The notes under the pieces: generated by a model
What the model saw: the letters and a program-made list of their open reading frames with translations, nothing else
The model's database searches: none
Told to the model about the DNA's origin: nothing
Shown: piece after piece, positions 43,330 to 55,523 of the stretch
How the letters are laid out: every line of letters begins with the position of its first letter
Numbering within the stretch: position 1 is the first letter of the stretch
Position numbers and translations under genes: made by a program
From: Leucoraja erinacea
Lineage: Eukaryota
Assembly: GCF_028641065.1 (NCBI RefSeq)
Contig: NC_073405.1
Location: forward strand, 17,360,001 to 17,424,000
DNA length: 64,000 nucleotides
Reading direction: 5' to 3'

Positions 43330-44545
43330 ATCGGTTAATTATTGACAGCATTGTCCAGAGTAGGTGTGTCTTGCAAACTTGATTGAGATTTTTTGAGGAG
43401 GTAAAGAAGGTGATTGAGGGTAGGGCTGTGGATGTTGTCGACGTGGACTTTGGTAAGGCATTCGTCAAGGTCTGTCATTGTCTGATCCAGTAGATCGAGG
43501 TACAGTGACTGGATTTGCAACTTGCTTCCACTTTGAAGTAGTGGGGAAAATGTGCCATTCTGGCAAGAGGCTGTGACCAGTGGTGTTCCACATGGATCTG
43601 TGCCGGGCCCTCTGCTGCGATATATATATAAATTACTTGGACAAAAAAGTGGATAGTAAGTTTGTTGATGACACAAAAATAGGTGGAGTTGCGGATAGTG
43701 AAGGAAGCTGTAAAAAATACAGTGGGATATAGATCTGTTACAGGCAGAGAAATGGCAGATGGAGTTTATCTGGGGAAATGTGAGATGGTGCGTTTTGAGA
43801 GATGAAATATAAATGGAACATATACAGTTAACAGGACACTTAACATTTTGATGTACAGAAGGATATAGGGGTGCAAGTCCGTAGCTCCCTGGCGGCCTCC
43901 AACTGGGACCGACCTCGAGGCTCCAGAGGCAGAGACAGCCAGGACTTACCAACGCGAGGCTGGCCGACTTCGGGGCTGTTGCGGCGGCGGCGACCAGATT
44001 TCGGGGCTTTGGCGACGGCGACACGACTTCGGAGCCTCGGAGGCATGGCCGCGGGCTCAGTGAACGATAACGTCGGGAGCTCGCAGGTCACAGGTTGGAC
44101 TGGAGGGTGGCAGCTTTGGCGTCTTCGACCACCCCAGGCCGCGGAGATTGTACCGGCCCGTTTGCGGAGCTCGGATTCAGCCGTGGGACTTGCCATCACC
44201 AGGTGGGGTCACAACATCGGAAGTTTGGATCGCCTCAATGCAGAGGGAGAACAAGGAGGGAAGAGACATGGACTTTAAAACTTTTGCCTTCCATCACAGT
44301 GAGGAGGGTTTGGTGGACTCACTGGTGGATGTTAAATCTGTGTTTATTGTGTGTTTTGTTAGTTTATTCTATGTTATGACTCCAAGGCACGAAATTTTGT
44401 TCATACTGAAAAGTCTGAATGACAATAAAGATACTTGACTTGATATAGGGGTGCAAGTCCATAGCTCCCTTAAAGTAGTGACACAAATAGATTGTGGTAA
44501 AGAACGCTTATGGAACGCATGCCTTCATCAGTCAGGGCATTGAAT
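43330..44545 (+). mobile_element. Decayed CR1 RT fragment interrupted by a 551-bp insertion
   Basis: VDVVDVDFGKAF, VTSGVPHGS and KFVDDTKIGG motifs on +. The fragment resumes after 44470. Confidence 0.75.
43891..44441 (+). mobile_element. GC-rich non-autonomous retroelement with a LINE-type tail and 29-bp flanking direct repeat
   Basis: Flanked by GATATAGGGGTGCAAGTCC(G/A)TAGCTCCCT at 43862-43890 and 44442-44470. Ends GACAATAAAGATACTTGACTT. Confidence 0.75.
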
Positions 44546-47196
44546 GGAAACATTCAATCAATGCTTCCTCACTTGCCTGACCTCCACCAAGGATCAAAGC
44601 CTGCTCGCCTCCAGACCGGTCTCTTCGCTGACTATCCTCGACAGTCACACTCGTGACCGACCTCAGGCCGGATGCTTCACTGCAGGATCACACATGAGGT
44701 CAAAACCTGCAACGCCTTCACTGCTAGAAGATGTAGCGACCATGCTCACTGTGCCTCCGACCACTTACAGGTGAGGGGTGCACTGAAGCTGCTATTGCTT
44801 GACCCCTCCACATCCCTGATCGCTCACAGCACAGGCCTACAGACTACAAAATTCACCGCATTCCTGGCCGGGCCAAACGAACCGCCACCACCGGCCCTCA
44901 CAGCCTCCCCAACCTCTCCCAGACTGGGACTAACAACACCAACCAGGGCATCCCCACCTGCTCCCAGGTTTGAGCCTACCAACACCGACCTTCACTACAT
45001 CCCCAATTATTCCCTGGTTGGACCTACTGACTACTTTCGCAACATTCGGCTTGTACTCGCTAGAATTTAGAAGATTGAGGGGGGACCTTATAGAAACGTA
45101 CAAAATTCTTAAGGGGTTGGACAGGCTAGATGCAGGAAGATTGTTCCCGATGTTGGGGAAGTCCAGAACAAGGGGTCACAGTTTAAGGATAAGGGGGAAA
45201 TCTTTTAGGACCGAGATGAGAAAAACATTTTACACACAGTGGTGAATCTCTGGAATTCTCTGTCACAGAAGGTTGTTGAGGCCAGTTCATTGGCTATATT
45301 TAAGAGGGAGTTAGATGTGGCCCTTGTGGCTAATGGGATCAGGGGGTATGGAGAGAAGGCAGGTACAGGATACTGAGTTGGATGATCAGCCATGATCATA
45401 TTGAATGGCGGTGCAGGCTCGAAGGGCCGAATGGCCTACTCCTACACCTATTTTCTATGTTTCTATTCCCGCACTCCCCCAGGCCAGGCCTACCAACGCC
45501 GACCTTCACTACATCCCCACAGGCGAACACCAGAAAATCATCTCCCAGAAGGTTTCCAATCTCACCTCCTTTGACGATTGCCCCCCCACAACATCAAACC
45601 TTATAGTTCCCTAGCTCTGCAGTCCCTGCTTCTATCTTCCCAAAATCCACAAACCGGACTGCCTTGGTATCCCCATTGCCTCTGCCCCACAGAACCTATC
45701 CCCCTCTTGTCCATCTCTCCTGACCTATCTGAGACACCTCAAACACCCTTCAACTCTTCAATGACTTTCAAGTTTCAGGAGCTCAGGTCTCATCTTTACC
45801 ATGGACAACCACTGACTTTACACCTCCATCCCCACCAGGAATGTGACACGGTCCTCCAGTTTGTCCTTGAATGGAGACCCAAATCAATATCCACCTGGCG
45901 GAATTTGTCCTCACCCTCAACGACTTTTCTTGACTTCTCTCACTTTCTTCAATTTAAAGGTCTAGCCATGGGCACTCGCATGAGCCCCAGCTATGCCTGC
46001 CTTTTTTGTTGGTTATATCAAGCAATCCTTGTTTCCAATTAGGCACCATCCCCCAACTCATTCTCTGCTACGTCAATAACTACATCAGGGCTGCTTCCTG
46101 TACCTGCATTAACTTGTTGATTGCATTAAGTTTACCACTAACATCTACCCTGCCCTCATTCATTTGGACCATATCTGACACCTCTCTCCTTTCGTGATCT
46201 CTTTATCTCCCTCATAGCAGACTATTGAATGACGTCTACTACTGTATAAACCCACTGACTCCCAGGATTATCTGATCTACACGTCTTCTAACCCTGCCTA
46301 CTCCCAATTTCCCTATCCGCCACATCTGCTCCCAAGATGAGATTTTCCATTCTAGGTCATCAGAGATGTACTCTTTCTTTAATAAATGTGGTTTCCCCCC
46401 CCTGCTGTCAAAGATGGATCCCTCACCTGTGTCTCCTCTGTGCACTAGTTCTCCTCTCACTGCAACTCCACCCAGATGGAACTAAGATAGAGTTACCCAG
46501 GTCTGCAACTTTCACCCCACCAGACTTCACCCCTGGCACATCATTCTCTGAAGGTGGACACAAAATGCTGGTGTAAGTCAGAGGGACAGGCAGCATCTCT
46601 GGAGAGAAGGAATGGATGATGTTTCTGGTTGAGACCGTTCTTCAGACTGATGTCAGGGGTGTGTGTGGAGGAATGGGAATGGATGAGACATCATTCTCTG
46701 ACATTTCCATCTCCAATGTGATCCCACCACCATTCATGCCTTCCCAACCCCACCCCTTTCCGTCTTCCACAGAGACTACTCTGCAACTCTGGTTCACTCA
46801 TCTCCAGCCCAAACCATCCCTTGTCTGGTACTTTCCTCTACAATTACAGGAGATTTGTCACCTGTCACTATACCTCCGTCCTCACTTCCATTTAGGGATC
46901 CCAGCGGTCCTTCGAGGTGAGACAAAGATTCATGAGCACCTCCTACTGGATCTGGTGCTCCAGGGGTAGCCTCCTGTACATCGGTAATACCAAGAAAAGA
47001 CCCTGCGTCCATTTTGCCGAACTTTTGCACTTAACCCATCAACACTATTGGATGTCCTGGTTGCTAAGCATTTTTACTCCTCTACCCATTCCCATACTAA
47101 CCTTCCTATTCTGGGCCTTCTTCATTGCCAGGCTTGGGTTGCCTGCAACCCAATGGTATGAACATTGAATTTTCAAATTTTAAGTAAATAGCAACC

Positions 47197-47227
<31 letters not shown>

Positions 47228-47231
47228 ACAC

Positions 47232-47266
<35 letters not shown>

Positions 47267-47630
47267 GCTCGCCCGCCCCCGCCCCTGTAGCCCACCTGGA
47301 CTCGCACCTATTTTTCGCCTCCCCATCCACCTACATTCCTTCCACTAGCTCCACCATTTGCAACTCTTCAATCCTCTTGTCTCACACCTTCTGTCTTTTC
47401 ATCTCTGACCTTTGTCCAATATCTGCCCCCACTCCCCCATCCAGGCTCTACCCTGCCCCTTCCAGCTTTCATTCTCCCCTCTCACCCCACCACAAACACT
47501 GAAGAAAGCTCCTGACCCAAAACGTCACCCGTCTACAGTATGTTCTCCAGAGATGCTATCTGAGTCACTGTGTTACTCCAGCACATTGTGTCATTATTTT
47601 TGCAAACCAGCATCTGGGGTTCCTTGTGTT
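44545..47630 (+). mobile_element. Decayed Penelope-like retroelement (RT, GIY-YIG, terminus) with nested inserts
   Basis: FLQFKGLAMGTRMSPSYACLF, LCYVNNYIRAASC (degenerate YIDD), LLYIGNTKKRPCVHFAE. Hammerhead-like terminus at 47499-47530. Confidence 0.82.
45048..45465 (+). mobile_element. CR1 3' fragment nested in the Penelope-like element
   Basis: GLYSLEFRRLRGDLIETYKILKGLDRLDAGRLFP..., with tail TTTCTATGTTTCTA. Confidence 0.9.
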
Positions 47631-47796
47631 AAAGTGCAGCCCCACAACAACTTTGTTTAGGCTGAATTTGAAATATTGCATGCATTTCTTATTGTCCCTT
47701 TACAGGTACGGATGTGAAGGCTTTGGAGGGGATTCAGAAAATGTTTATCAGGATGCTGCTTAGATTAAAGAGTATTAGCTGTGAGAGATGCTGGAC

Positions 47797-50730
47797 CAGG
47801 GGTGGGGAACCTGCGGCCTTAATGCCGCATGCGACCTTCTACCCCATTAAGAGCGGCCTTTTGAATGAATCCAAATTTTGTAGAACAAATCCTTTTATTT
47901 TTATTAATATTTTTATCTTAAAATGAACGTATTATACAGGGGACTCACAGGAGTCCAGCCAAAATCTAAGCAGACACAAGTGTGTGCATGAGATGTGTTT
48001 TAATCGATAAGATACAGCTCCCTACTCCTCAAATGGTCATGGGTGTTGCCCGACCTTAAATACCCCTAAGGGTCAACCCCGTGACCTGCGCCTCCCACAC
48101 CGAGACACATAACTCCTCCCTCCAGAGCCGAGGGTTCACTCTGCCCGTGGCCTACCACCAGGTGCCGCCACATTACCCCCCCAGAACCAGAGGCACCGAA
48201 ACGGACGGGACGCCGAATGAGACGGCCAGATCGCGTAGATACGTCCCCTCGCACAGGGGAATTGCCCGGACCGGAATAATTCAAGGGGACCCGGGGCGAC
48301 GGGCGCCCGCGACAGGGAGGTTGAGCCACCTGTACTGGCTCGCTCAGGTCCAGATGGGCTGTTTTTAAACGAGCCACGGATACAGTTTCCTGCTGGTCTC
48401 CCAAGTCCAAGACGAATTTCGTGTGCCCATGCTGCAGCACCCGAAAGTGACCTTCAAAAGGGCGTTGCAAGGGTGGCCTGTGGGCGTCACGGCGCAGAAA
48501 GACATACGGACAGTCCACCAGTGCCGGTGGCACATGGGATGGGGCCACCCCATCATGAGACGTCGGGACGGAAGCCAGGGCTCCAACCCTCTCCCGCAAG
48601 TGCGCCAACACATATGACGGCGGTTACCGGGACCCGTAATCGGCCTGGACAAACTCCCCGGGGACAGTGAGCGGAGCGCCATACACAGTTCCACCGAGGG
48701 TGATGACAAATCCTCCTTGGGGGCAGTCCGAATCCCCAACAGAACCCATGGCAACTCGTCCATCCAGTCAGGGCCCGCGAGGCAAGTTTTCAGGGCGTCC
48801 TTCAGACGGCAGTGGAACCGCTCCACCAACCCATTGGACTGGGGATGGTACGCTGTCGAATGGTTGAGCTGCGTCCCCAGCAGGCGGGCCATCGCGGAAG
48901 TGAACTGGGCTCCCCGGTTTGATGTGATGTCTAGAGGAACCCCGAAGCGGGCCACCCAATTAGCCACGAGTGCACGACTGGGCGGAAGTGTCCATTAGCG
49001 GGATGGCCTCCGGCCACCGCGTAAAACCAAGTCTTTGTCTGTCCCCCACCGTCAGCAGGTGCGAAACATCCCGGGACTGAGGCAGTGGCCCCACGATGTG
49101 CACGTGGTTAAACCGCAGCGTGGCACCGCAACATTTTGAACCAGCGCCCGGACGTTTCGATGTACCTTAGATGTTTGGCACGGAATGCACGCTCCAGGCA
49201 CAGGTCCGACTTGAGTCCGCAGCCTGTGCCATATAAACCTCGCGGCCACCATGGCAAACCTGGCTCAGATAGACGGTGAGCCAGCCCGTGAATGACATCG
49301 AACACGCGATGGTGCCAGGCCGCGGGAACATCAGGCAGCAGCTGGCCTGTGGACACGTCGCACAGGATGGAAGTACCCGAGGGACCCAACCGCATAACAT
49401 AACGGAAGAATTTCGGGCCATAACAGAAAATTTTCTTTGCTACGAAGAGTTACTCGCTTTGGGCACTCTTACGGGCAGAACACAAGGAATAGATTTCTTC
49501 AACAACTTTCAAGATAAATGTCGTGAAGTTGGACTGGATTTGTTTAATTTAGTGAGTGTATGTACAGACAGTGCACCTCCCATGACAGGAAAGCGTGAAG
49601 GGTTTATTGCACAGATTAAAAAAAGGTATTACCAGATCCAGATGCTCTCATTTCTTTTCACTGTATCTTACATCAGCAAAATCTCTGTGCTAAATCTACT
49701 ATTTGAAGTGACACTTTGCAACAAGTTATAAGTATTGTTCATGCAAATGGAACACGGCATCGTCAGTTTTGTAATATATGCTAAAGTTGCACGATGAGGC
49801 ATTCAGTGTGGATTTGCTGTATCATTGTAAAGTGCGTTGGCTATCGCAGGGACAGGTGTTAGCAATTTTTTAAATCTTGGCGGGAACAGGTAGTTTAATT
49901 TCATGAGGAACAGAATCAGAAAGGTGGTTTCTATAGAAATACTGCATTTTTGTGTGATATCATGTCTAAGCAAAATGACTTGAATGTTTCTTTGCAAGGT
50001 AAAAGCTATCTTTTTTCAAAACTCTTATGAAATTTTGGATGCACATTTTCCCAGTTAACGAAGGTCATTGATGAGCAGGAGGATTCATGCGAATCATTTG
50101 AAGAATATGCAGCTGTTATAGACGTATTAATTAAAGAATACCATGAAAGGTTCACTGACTTTGAGAATCATGACATCACACTCAAATTAGCATTTCAACC
50201 TCACCTAGTTGATGTCTCCAAGGCTCCTAAAGAACTACAGATGGAATTGATTGAGCTCTCAGAAGATTACATTTTAAAGTCCTTATTTGATGCTAAGAAA
50301 GATCTGATTGAAATATGGAAAAATGCAATAGAATACCCACGTCTTCGGCAACATGCACGAAAAATGCTTTCTTGCTTTTCAATCACTTATTGCTGTGAGT
50401 CTACATTCTCCTACCTAATCCAAATCAATACGCTCTTAAGGTCACAAATGACGGATACCCACCTAGAAGATCAGTTGAAACTGCATACCTCCATGTTGCA
50501 ACCAAATATTCAAATGCTTTCCCACAAAAAGCAGTCACAACAAAGTAATTAAAAGGTTAGATAACTTTAGAATTAACAAAATGTTTTCATTTTCTTGAGT
50601 ACATAGTAGTTTGATTTTTACAAAATGTGCAGTTTGAAGTATATCTAATTGAAGTTTCTTGGATGCGGCCTTATTAGATTACAGCTTACTTAATGCGGTC
50701 TTCCAACATGAAAACATTCCCCATCCCTTG
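47797..50730 (+). mobile_element. hAT DNA transposon (Charlie/SPIN, GTF2IRD2-like transposase), internally deleted
   Basis: TIRs CAGGGGTGGGGAACC and ATTCCCCATCCCTTG; perfect 8-bp TSD TGCTGGAC (47789-47796, 50731-50738). Transposase remnants EELLAL..T.G.DFF, VSVCTDSAPPMTGK, HCKVRWLS, FSITYCCESTFS..RSQMTD.HL. Confidence 0.92.
47935..49400 (-). mobile_element. Gypsy LTR-retrotransposon 3' fragment (integrase, PPT, 3' LTR) inside the hAT element
   Basis: Integrase motifs WVARFGVP..ITSNRGAQFTS, TAYHPQSNGLVERFH and LQRPFEGHFRVL (GPY/F). G-rich PPT then TAA|TGTGGCGG; LTR starts at 48172. Confidence 0.9.
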
Positions 50731-51139
50731 TGCTGGACAATGTTGAATTGTTTTCTCTGGAACATTAGGGGCTGATATAGAAACCTGATAGAACTGTTTA
50801 ATTATGAAAGGTATAGATAACATAAACAGTCAGAATGTTTTTCCCAAGGTGAGAAAGTCAAATACTAGAGAGCATTGCTTTAAGATGAGAGGAGAAAGTT
50901 TAAAGGAGATGAGCAAGGTACACATTGAGAATGGTAGGTACTTGGAAAGCACTACCAGGGGATGTGTGGAAATAAGTACAATAGTGGCATTTAAGAAACT
51001 TTCGCATAGGCAGTTGAGTATATGGGGAATGGAGAGGTATGGAACGTGTACAAAGAAAGTGAGATTCGTTTAATCTGGTAGACAAAAAATGCTGGAGAAA
51101 CTCAGCGGGTGAGGCAGCATCTATGGAGAGAGGAAATGG

Positions 51140-51315
51140 TGCTCCGGTTTCCTCCCACACTCCAAAGATGTACAGGTTTGTAGGTTAATTGGCTTGGTAT
51201 AATTGTAACTTGCCGCTAGTGTGCGTAGAATAGTGTTAGTGTGAGGGGGTCGCTGGACGGCGCGGACTTGGTGGCCAAACAGCCTGTTTCCTCGCTGTAC
51301 CTCTAAACTGAACTA
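51140..51315 (+). mobile_element. V-SINE 3' half
   Basis: GCTCCGGTTTCCTCCCACACTCCAAAGATGTACAGG... ending CTCTAAACTGAACT. Confidence 0.8.
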
Positions 51316-53939
51316 ATGGGGAAAGAATAGGTTACAGTAAAAATTACTGACGAAATGGAATTGGTCTGAGCGGGTGTTAACTTGATGCTTTAACTGGTCT
51401 CTTATGTCATGGAAATGCATGGAATGTAGAAATAAGGATAAATATTGGCTGGACATGATGTCTGTCTCTTTGAAAGGGTCACTCCTGTAAATCATAAATG
51501 GTTGCTCCTTTTTTTAATTTTCAACCTTTTCCTCACCTTTCACAAAGGTGACGCCTCTCCCATGTGCAACCATTACAGTATCTTCATCACGTTCTATTGC
51601 GAGATGTCAAGATGTGGCCACTCATCCATTGAGCGTGATTCATCCATGTTTCCCTTTCTATTAGTTGTGTGAAACAGGGATCCAGAGTTTTTGTTCCCCA
51701 CCCCCCACCCATACTTGCCTCTCCCTGTGTATGCTCCATGTGTAGTGACACCAGGTGTAGCTCATGAACTACCACCAAATAAATCATTGGGCTCTGCGGA
51801 ACTAATCCAGGACATTCCTGATCGATGTGCTGCGTATCATAGCAGCCTATGCAGCTGCAGCCCAGGCTTTTGGAGCCGTTTCAAAGAAACTTGGTTTTTA
51901 TGCTGAAACCAACTGGAAAGAAATGAAAGGGATTTGTATTTGTTGACAAATCGGCTACATGAACATAGAACGTGAAAATGAAGTAGCTTCTTAGCTGAAA
52001 ACTGTTGAAAAGCAATTGCACTCCTGAATTGGTGAATACTCCGACATCATAGAACGCCATACAATGAATAGGAAATACATGAATAAATGCTTCGTTTGAA
52101 GGTTTTCAAATGAACTCAAAATCTTGAATTGAGCATTTTCTGCAATGAGACAATTTTGCAATGCCTTGTTTTTGCCACAGTCAGATGTACAAAAATGTAT
52201 CTCTTTAATCCTGTGATTGTGCTCGCATTCTCAAAGCTGTTCCATGTTCACTTACGCAGGTGTATACCTTCCCACTTCTGCAGGTGGCTGCTAAGAATGA
52301 TGAAGTCTTCTTCACAGCATTGCACTATTGGGAAATGGATTTGCGTTGACTGAAAACACAAGCCATTTTACCAAGGGTCAAGGCTTACTGAGTTGCAGTT
52401 TGAACTAGAGGAAACGTTATGAAATGAGATTTCAATGTAAATGTGCAATCCTACAATTTATTTCCCAAATATATCTTGCGTGATCAAGTCTACATACAAA
52501 ATCACAACCTGATTTCAGATCTTGCAGAAGAATTGGCTAGTTGCATTTTGTTTTTCACTTTAGAGCAGTGGACCACCTACAATTTACGAATTATTTTACA
52601 TAGGCCGTCAATCAGTCAGTGGGGGAAAAGAACTCTCAAACTCAGTTTAGTGATCAGTTACTGAAGAACCTAAATCTCAAAACCACATGCCATGAATAAA
52701 GTATTTGATTTTCATTCTGTAAATTGTTATCGTGTGATCTGCTATAGTATATAAAATAAATTGGTTGCTGAATTGTAATGTAAGCATTTCATTTTTCTTC
52801 AAACGTCTGGTGTCGGCCATGTCTAGATATTTCTAGTTTCATCTTTTTTGTATGCTTGTTGGTGGAATTTGATACATAGAAGAGCGCGTCTGTATCTGAG
52901 GAGGCTTGCGTGGCCACAGAGATTGGGAGTCAGTTTAGCCTCGAGGGATGGTGGAGACAACAGTTTTTACCACATGACTTGACATGACACGGATGAAACA
53001 GTAAGAATTAAAAGTAACAATGTGTTGGAATAAGAAATACTTGATAAGAATCACTTCCTTGTTTGTACTCCTTCAATAAAGGACCAATTAATCAAGAAAT
53101 AACAACTGGAAGATTTGTTTTTACTATCTGCGAGTAGCTATATCTCTTCTACATCCCAGAGTAGTAATGGCGATCAAAAGTTGGACATTGGAAAGTTAAG
53201 AAATAGCCATTACATCTGGAATTCATCCCATTTAAAACCTTTCCCACGTCCTTCCTCCCTCCCAGACATGCCAGAATGTAGTTTCATCCTTTAAAATAGC
53301 TTCCATCAAATAATATACATTTGTATGAAATGTAATGCCTTTCTCTAAACTAAACAGTATTCTTCTGCCTGTCGGCTCTCACTTGGTTAATAATACATTG
53401 TGTGAAGAAACAGGAGGTCTCGTTTTATTGAGCATTTCATTAGTATTTTAAAAGTTGTGCTTCTCCTTTCAGCTTTTCAAATAATGCTGAGACGCCAAGG
53501 GTTGTTAAAAAAAATACAAAGAAAATTTTTACTGAAATTTGTAGGGATAAGAGATGATGTAATTTAAATTAATTTGCAGATTTGGGTGGCACAGCGTTAG
53601 TTGCAGAGCTGCAACGGAACAAGAGAAGGCATGTTTCTTGGGGGGGGGGGAGCTGTCTCCTAAAAAACGCGGGGCAGAATGAGTGACAGGGCCTCGTTTC
53701 TTCCAGCTGACGGAGACCATGTCAAGACAGAAGCATTACAAATTTGACTTACACCTATTCCCTGGGGATCCGTTTTTTAAATTTTATTCGTGGTTCTCAT
53801 TAACTCGAGGGCTTGTTTCCTCGCCCCACCTCACCCCGAGGGTGGGAGGGAGGTAAAAACTGAAGACGGACTGTGAGCCAGTAAAAGATTTTTGGTGGAA
53901 AGCTGACACGAAAGTTAAGGAAATGAATAACACACTCGT

Positions 53940-54275
53940 CGGCGGCACGGTGGCGCTGCGGTCGAGTTGGTGCATTACCGCGCCGGAGACCTAGGTTCGA
54001 CCCTGTTACGGACAGACCCAGTCTGTCTGTCTGTACGGAGTTTGTACGCCCCCCCCCCCCCCCCCCCCCCCCCCCCTGACCGCGTGGGTTTTCTCCGGGT
54101 GCTCCGGTTTCCCCCTCACATCAGGTTTAAGGATTGAGGGTCAATTGGCTTCGGTAAAAATTGTAAATTGTCCCTAGAGCGCGTGTGGGATAGTATTACT
54201 GAGCGGGGATCACTGGTCGACACGGGGTCGGCGGTTGAAGAGCCCGTTTCCGCGCAGTATCTCTAAAATTCTAAA
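53940..54275 (+). mobile_element. Full-length HE1-type V-SINE with internal poly-C expansion
   Basis: tRNA-like head GGCGGCACGGTGGCGCTGCGG...GGTTCGACCC (A and B boxes), V-domain and CR1-like tail. Confidence 0.85.
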
Positions 54276-54289
54276 CTCGAAGTGCTCGG

Positions 54290-54364
54290 TTATAAACTCC
54301 CCTGGAACAACCGGAAACTTCTTAAACGAGGCAGCCCAGGAGATGATTGGGCATTTATGCAAAT
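54290..54364. promoter_or_regulatory. Promoter-like motif cluster (TATA-like, ETS, CCAAT, perfect octamer)
   Basis: TATAAA 54291, CCGGAAAC 54311, ATTGG 54346 and ATGCAAAT 54357-54364 within 75 bp of CpG-containing sequence. Confidence 0.4.
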
Positions 54365-54519
54365 ATTTGATTTTACCCAGTGGTGATATTTCAAGTCGCG
54401 TTTATTGCTAGGTGCAAAAGTACGGGGAGGTAGGTACAGGGACGCCGAAACCCTCCCTTGCAGCAGCATCGCAGGCACAGGCTCACAAAACGAAATATCA
54501 AAAATGTGAAAATCAAGAT

Positions 54520-54880
54520 ATTAGACAATAGACAATAGGTGTAAGAGCAGGCCATTCGGTCCTTCGAGCCAGCACCGCCATTCAATATGATCATGGCTGA
54601 GCATCCACAATCAGTACCCCGTTCCTGCCTTCTCGCCATATCTCGTGACTCCGCTATCGCTAAGAGCTCATCTTGAAAGCATCCAGAGAGTTGCACTCCA
54701 CTGCCTTCTGAGACGCAGAGTTCCACAGATTCACAACACTCTGGGTGAAAACGTTTTTCCTCATCTCCGTTCTAAATGGCCTATCCCTAATTCTAAAAAT
54801 TGTGACCCCTGGTTCTGGATTCTCCCAACATCGGTTTCCTGCATCTGGCGTGTCCAATCCCTTAATAGATGGTATGTTTC
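54520..54880 (-). mobile_element. CR1 3' tail fragment
   Basis: (AGACAAT)n tail and RIRDRPFRTEMRKNVFTQSVVNLWNS. Confidence 0.85.
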
Positions 54881-55264
54881 TACACGAGTTATCGCCCGCT
54901 CCTTAGCGTAATTCTTGCGTCTGGGATGCATTCCCAGCCCTTTGCCGCGTTTGCTAAAATAAGGGCGCGTACCAGGAAAGGCTTCACGTCGCTCTGGTCC
55001 ATGAGCAAATTGATACAAGACCTCTTTAAAAACTCACATTATAAAATGTCATAAATATATTCCCGCCATTGTTAACCAAACAGTTTAATAGTGTTGGAAA
55101 TAGATACAACATGCTGGGAACTCCGTGGGTCAGGCAGCATCTCTCGAGAAAAGGGATAGGTGACATTTCGGGTCGAGAATCAGAGAGTCATGCAAGAGGG
55201 GGGTTAGATGTATAAAAGGGTACACACAACAAATGAATGGAAGGTTTGAGAAGCACAAATCAAA

Positions 55265-55523
55265 GCGGCACAGTGCTAGAGTTGTTGCCTTTCAGTACTT
55301 ACAGCGCCAGAGACCCGGTTCGATCCTGATCACGGTGCTATCTGTACGGAGTTTGTATGTGCTCCTATGTGCTCCCCGTGGGTTTTCTCTGAGATCTTCA
55401 GTTTCCTTCCACACTCCAAAGACGTACAGGTTTGTTGGTCCCTAGTGTGTGTAAGATAGTGTTACTGTGCGGGGATCGATGGCCCGAGGGACCTCATTTC
55501 CGCGCCAGATCTCTAAACTAAAC
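55265..55523 (+). mobile_element. HE1-type V-SINE
   Basis: GGCACAGTG...GAGACCCGGTTCGATCC...V-domain...CTCTAAACTAAAC. Confidence 0.82.

Larger units (their letters stand above)
47640..51060 (+). mobile_element. Old CR1 3' fragment split by the hAT insertion (47640-47796 and 50739-51060)
   Basis: DVKALEGIQKMFIRML before the hAT and MKGIDNINSQNVFP..SNTREHCFK after it. Confidence 0.7.

Noticed and set aside
43335-44438. Several overlapping 90-230 aa ORFs
   Set aside because: They result from high GC in the retro-insert plus antisense CR1; no protein motif.
32900-53500. Exons of expected syntenic neighbours (e.g. TIMM44)
   Set aside because: No recognisable coding exons were found by eye.
53940-54010. 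tRNA-like sequences (also ~34013, ~55265, ~63000)
   Set aside because: tRNA-derived SINE heads continuing into V-domain and LINE tail; no full cloverleaf.
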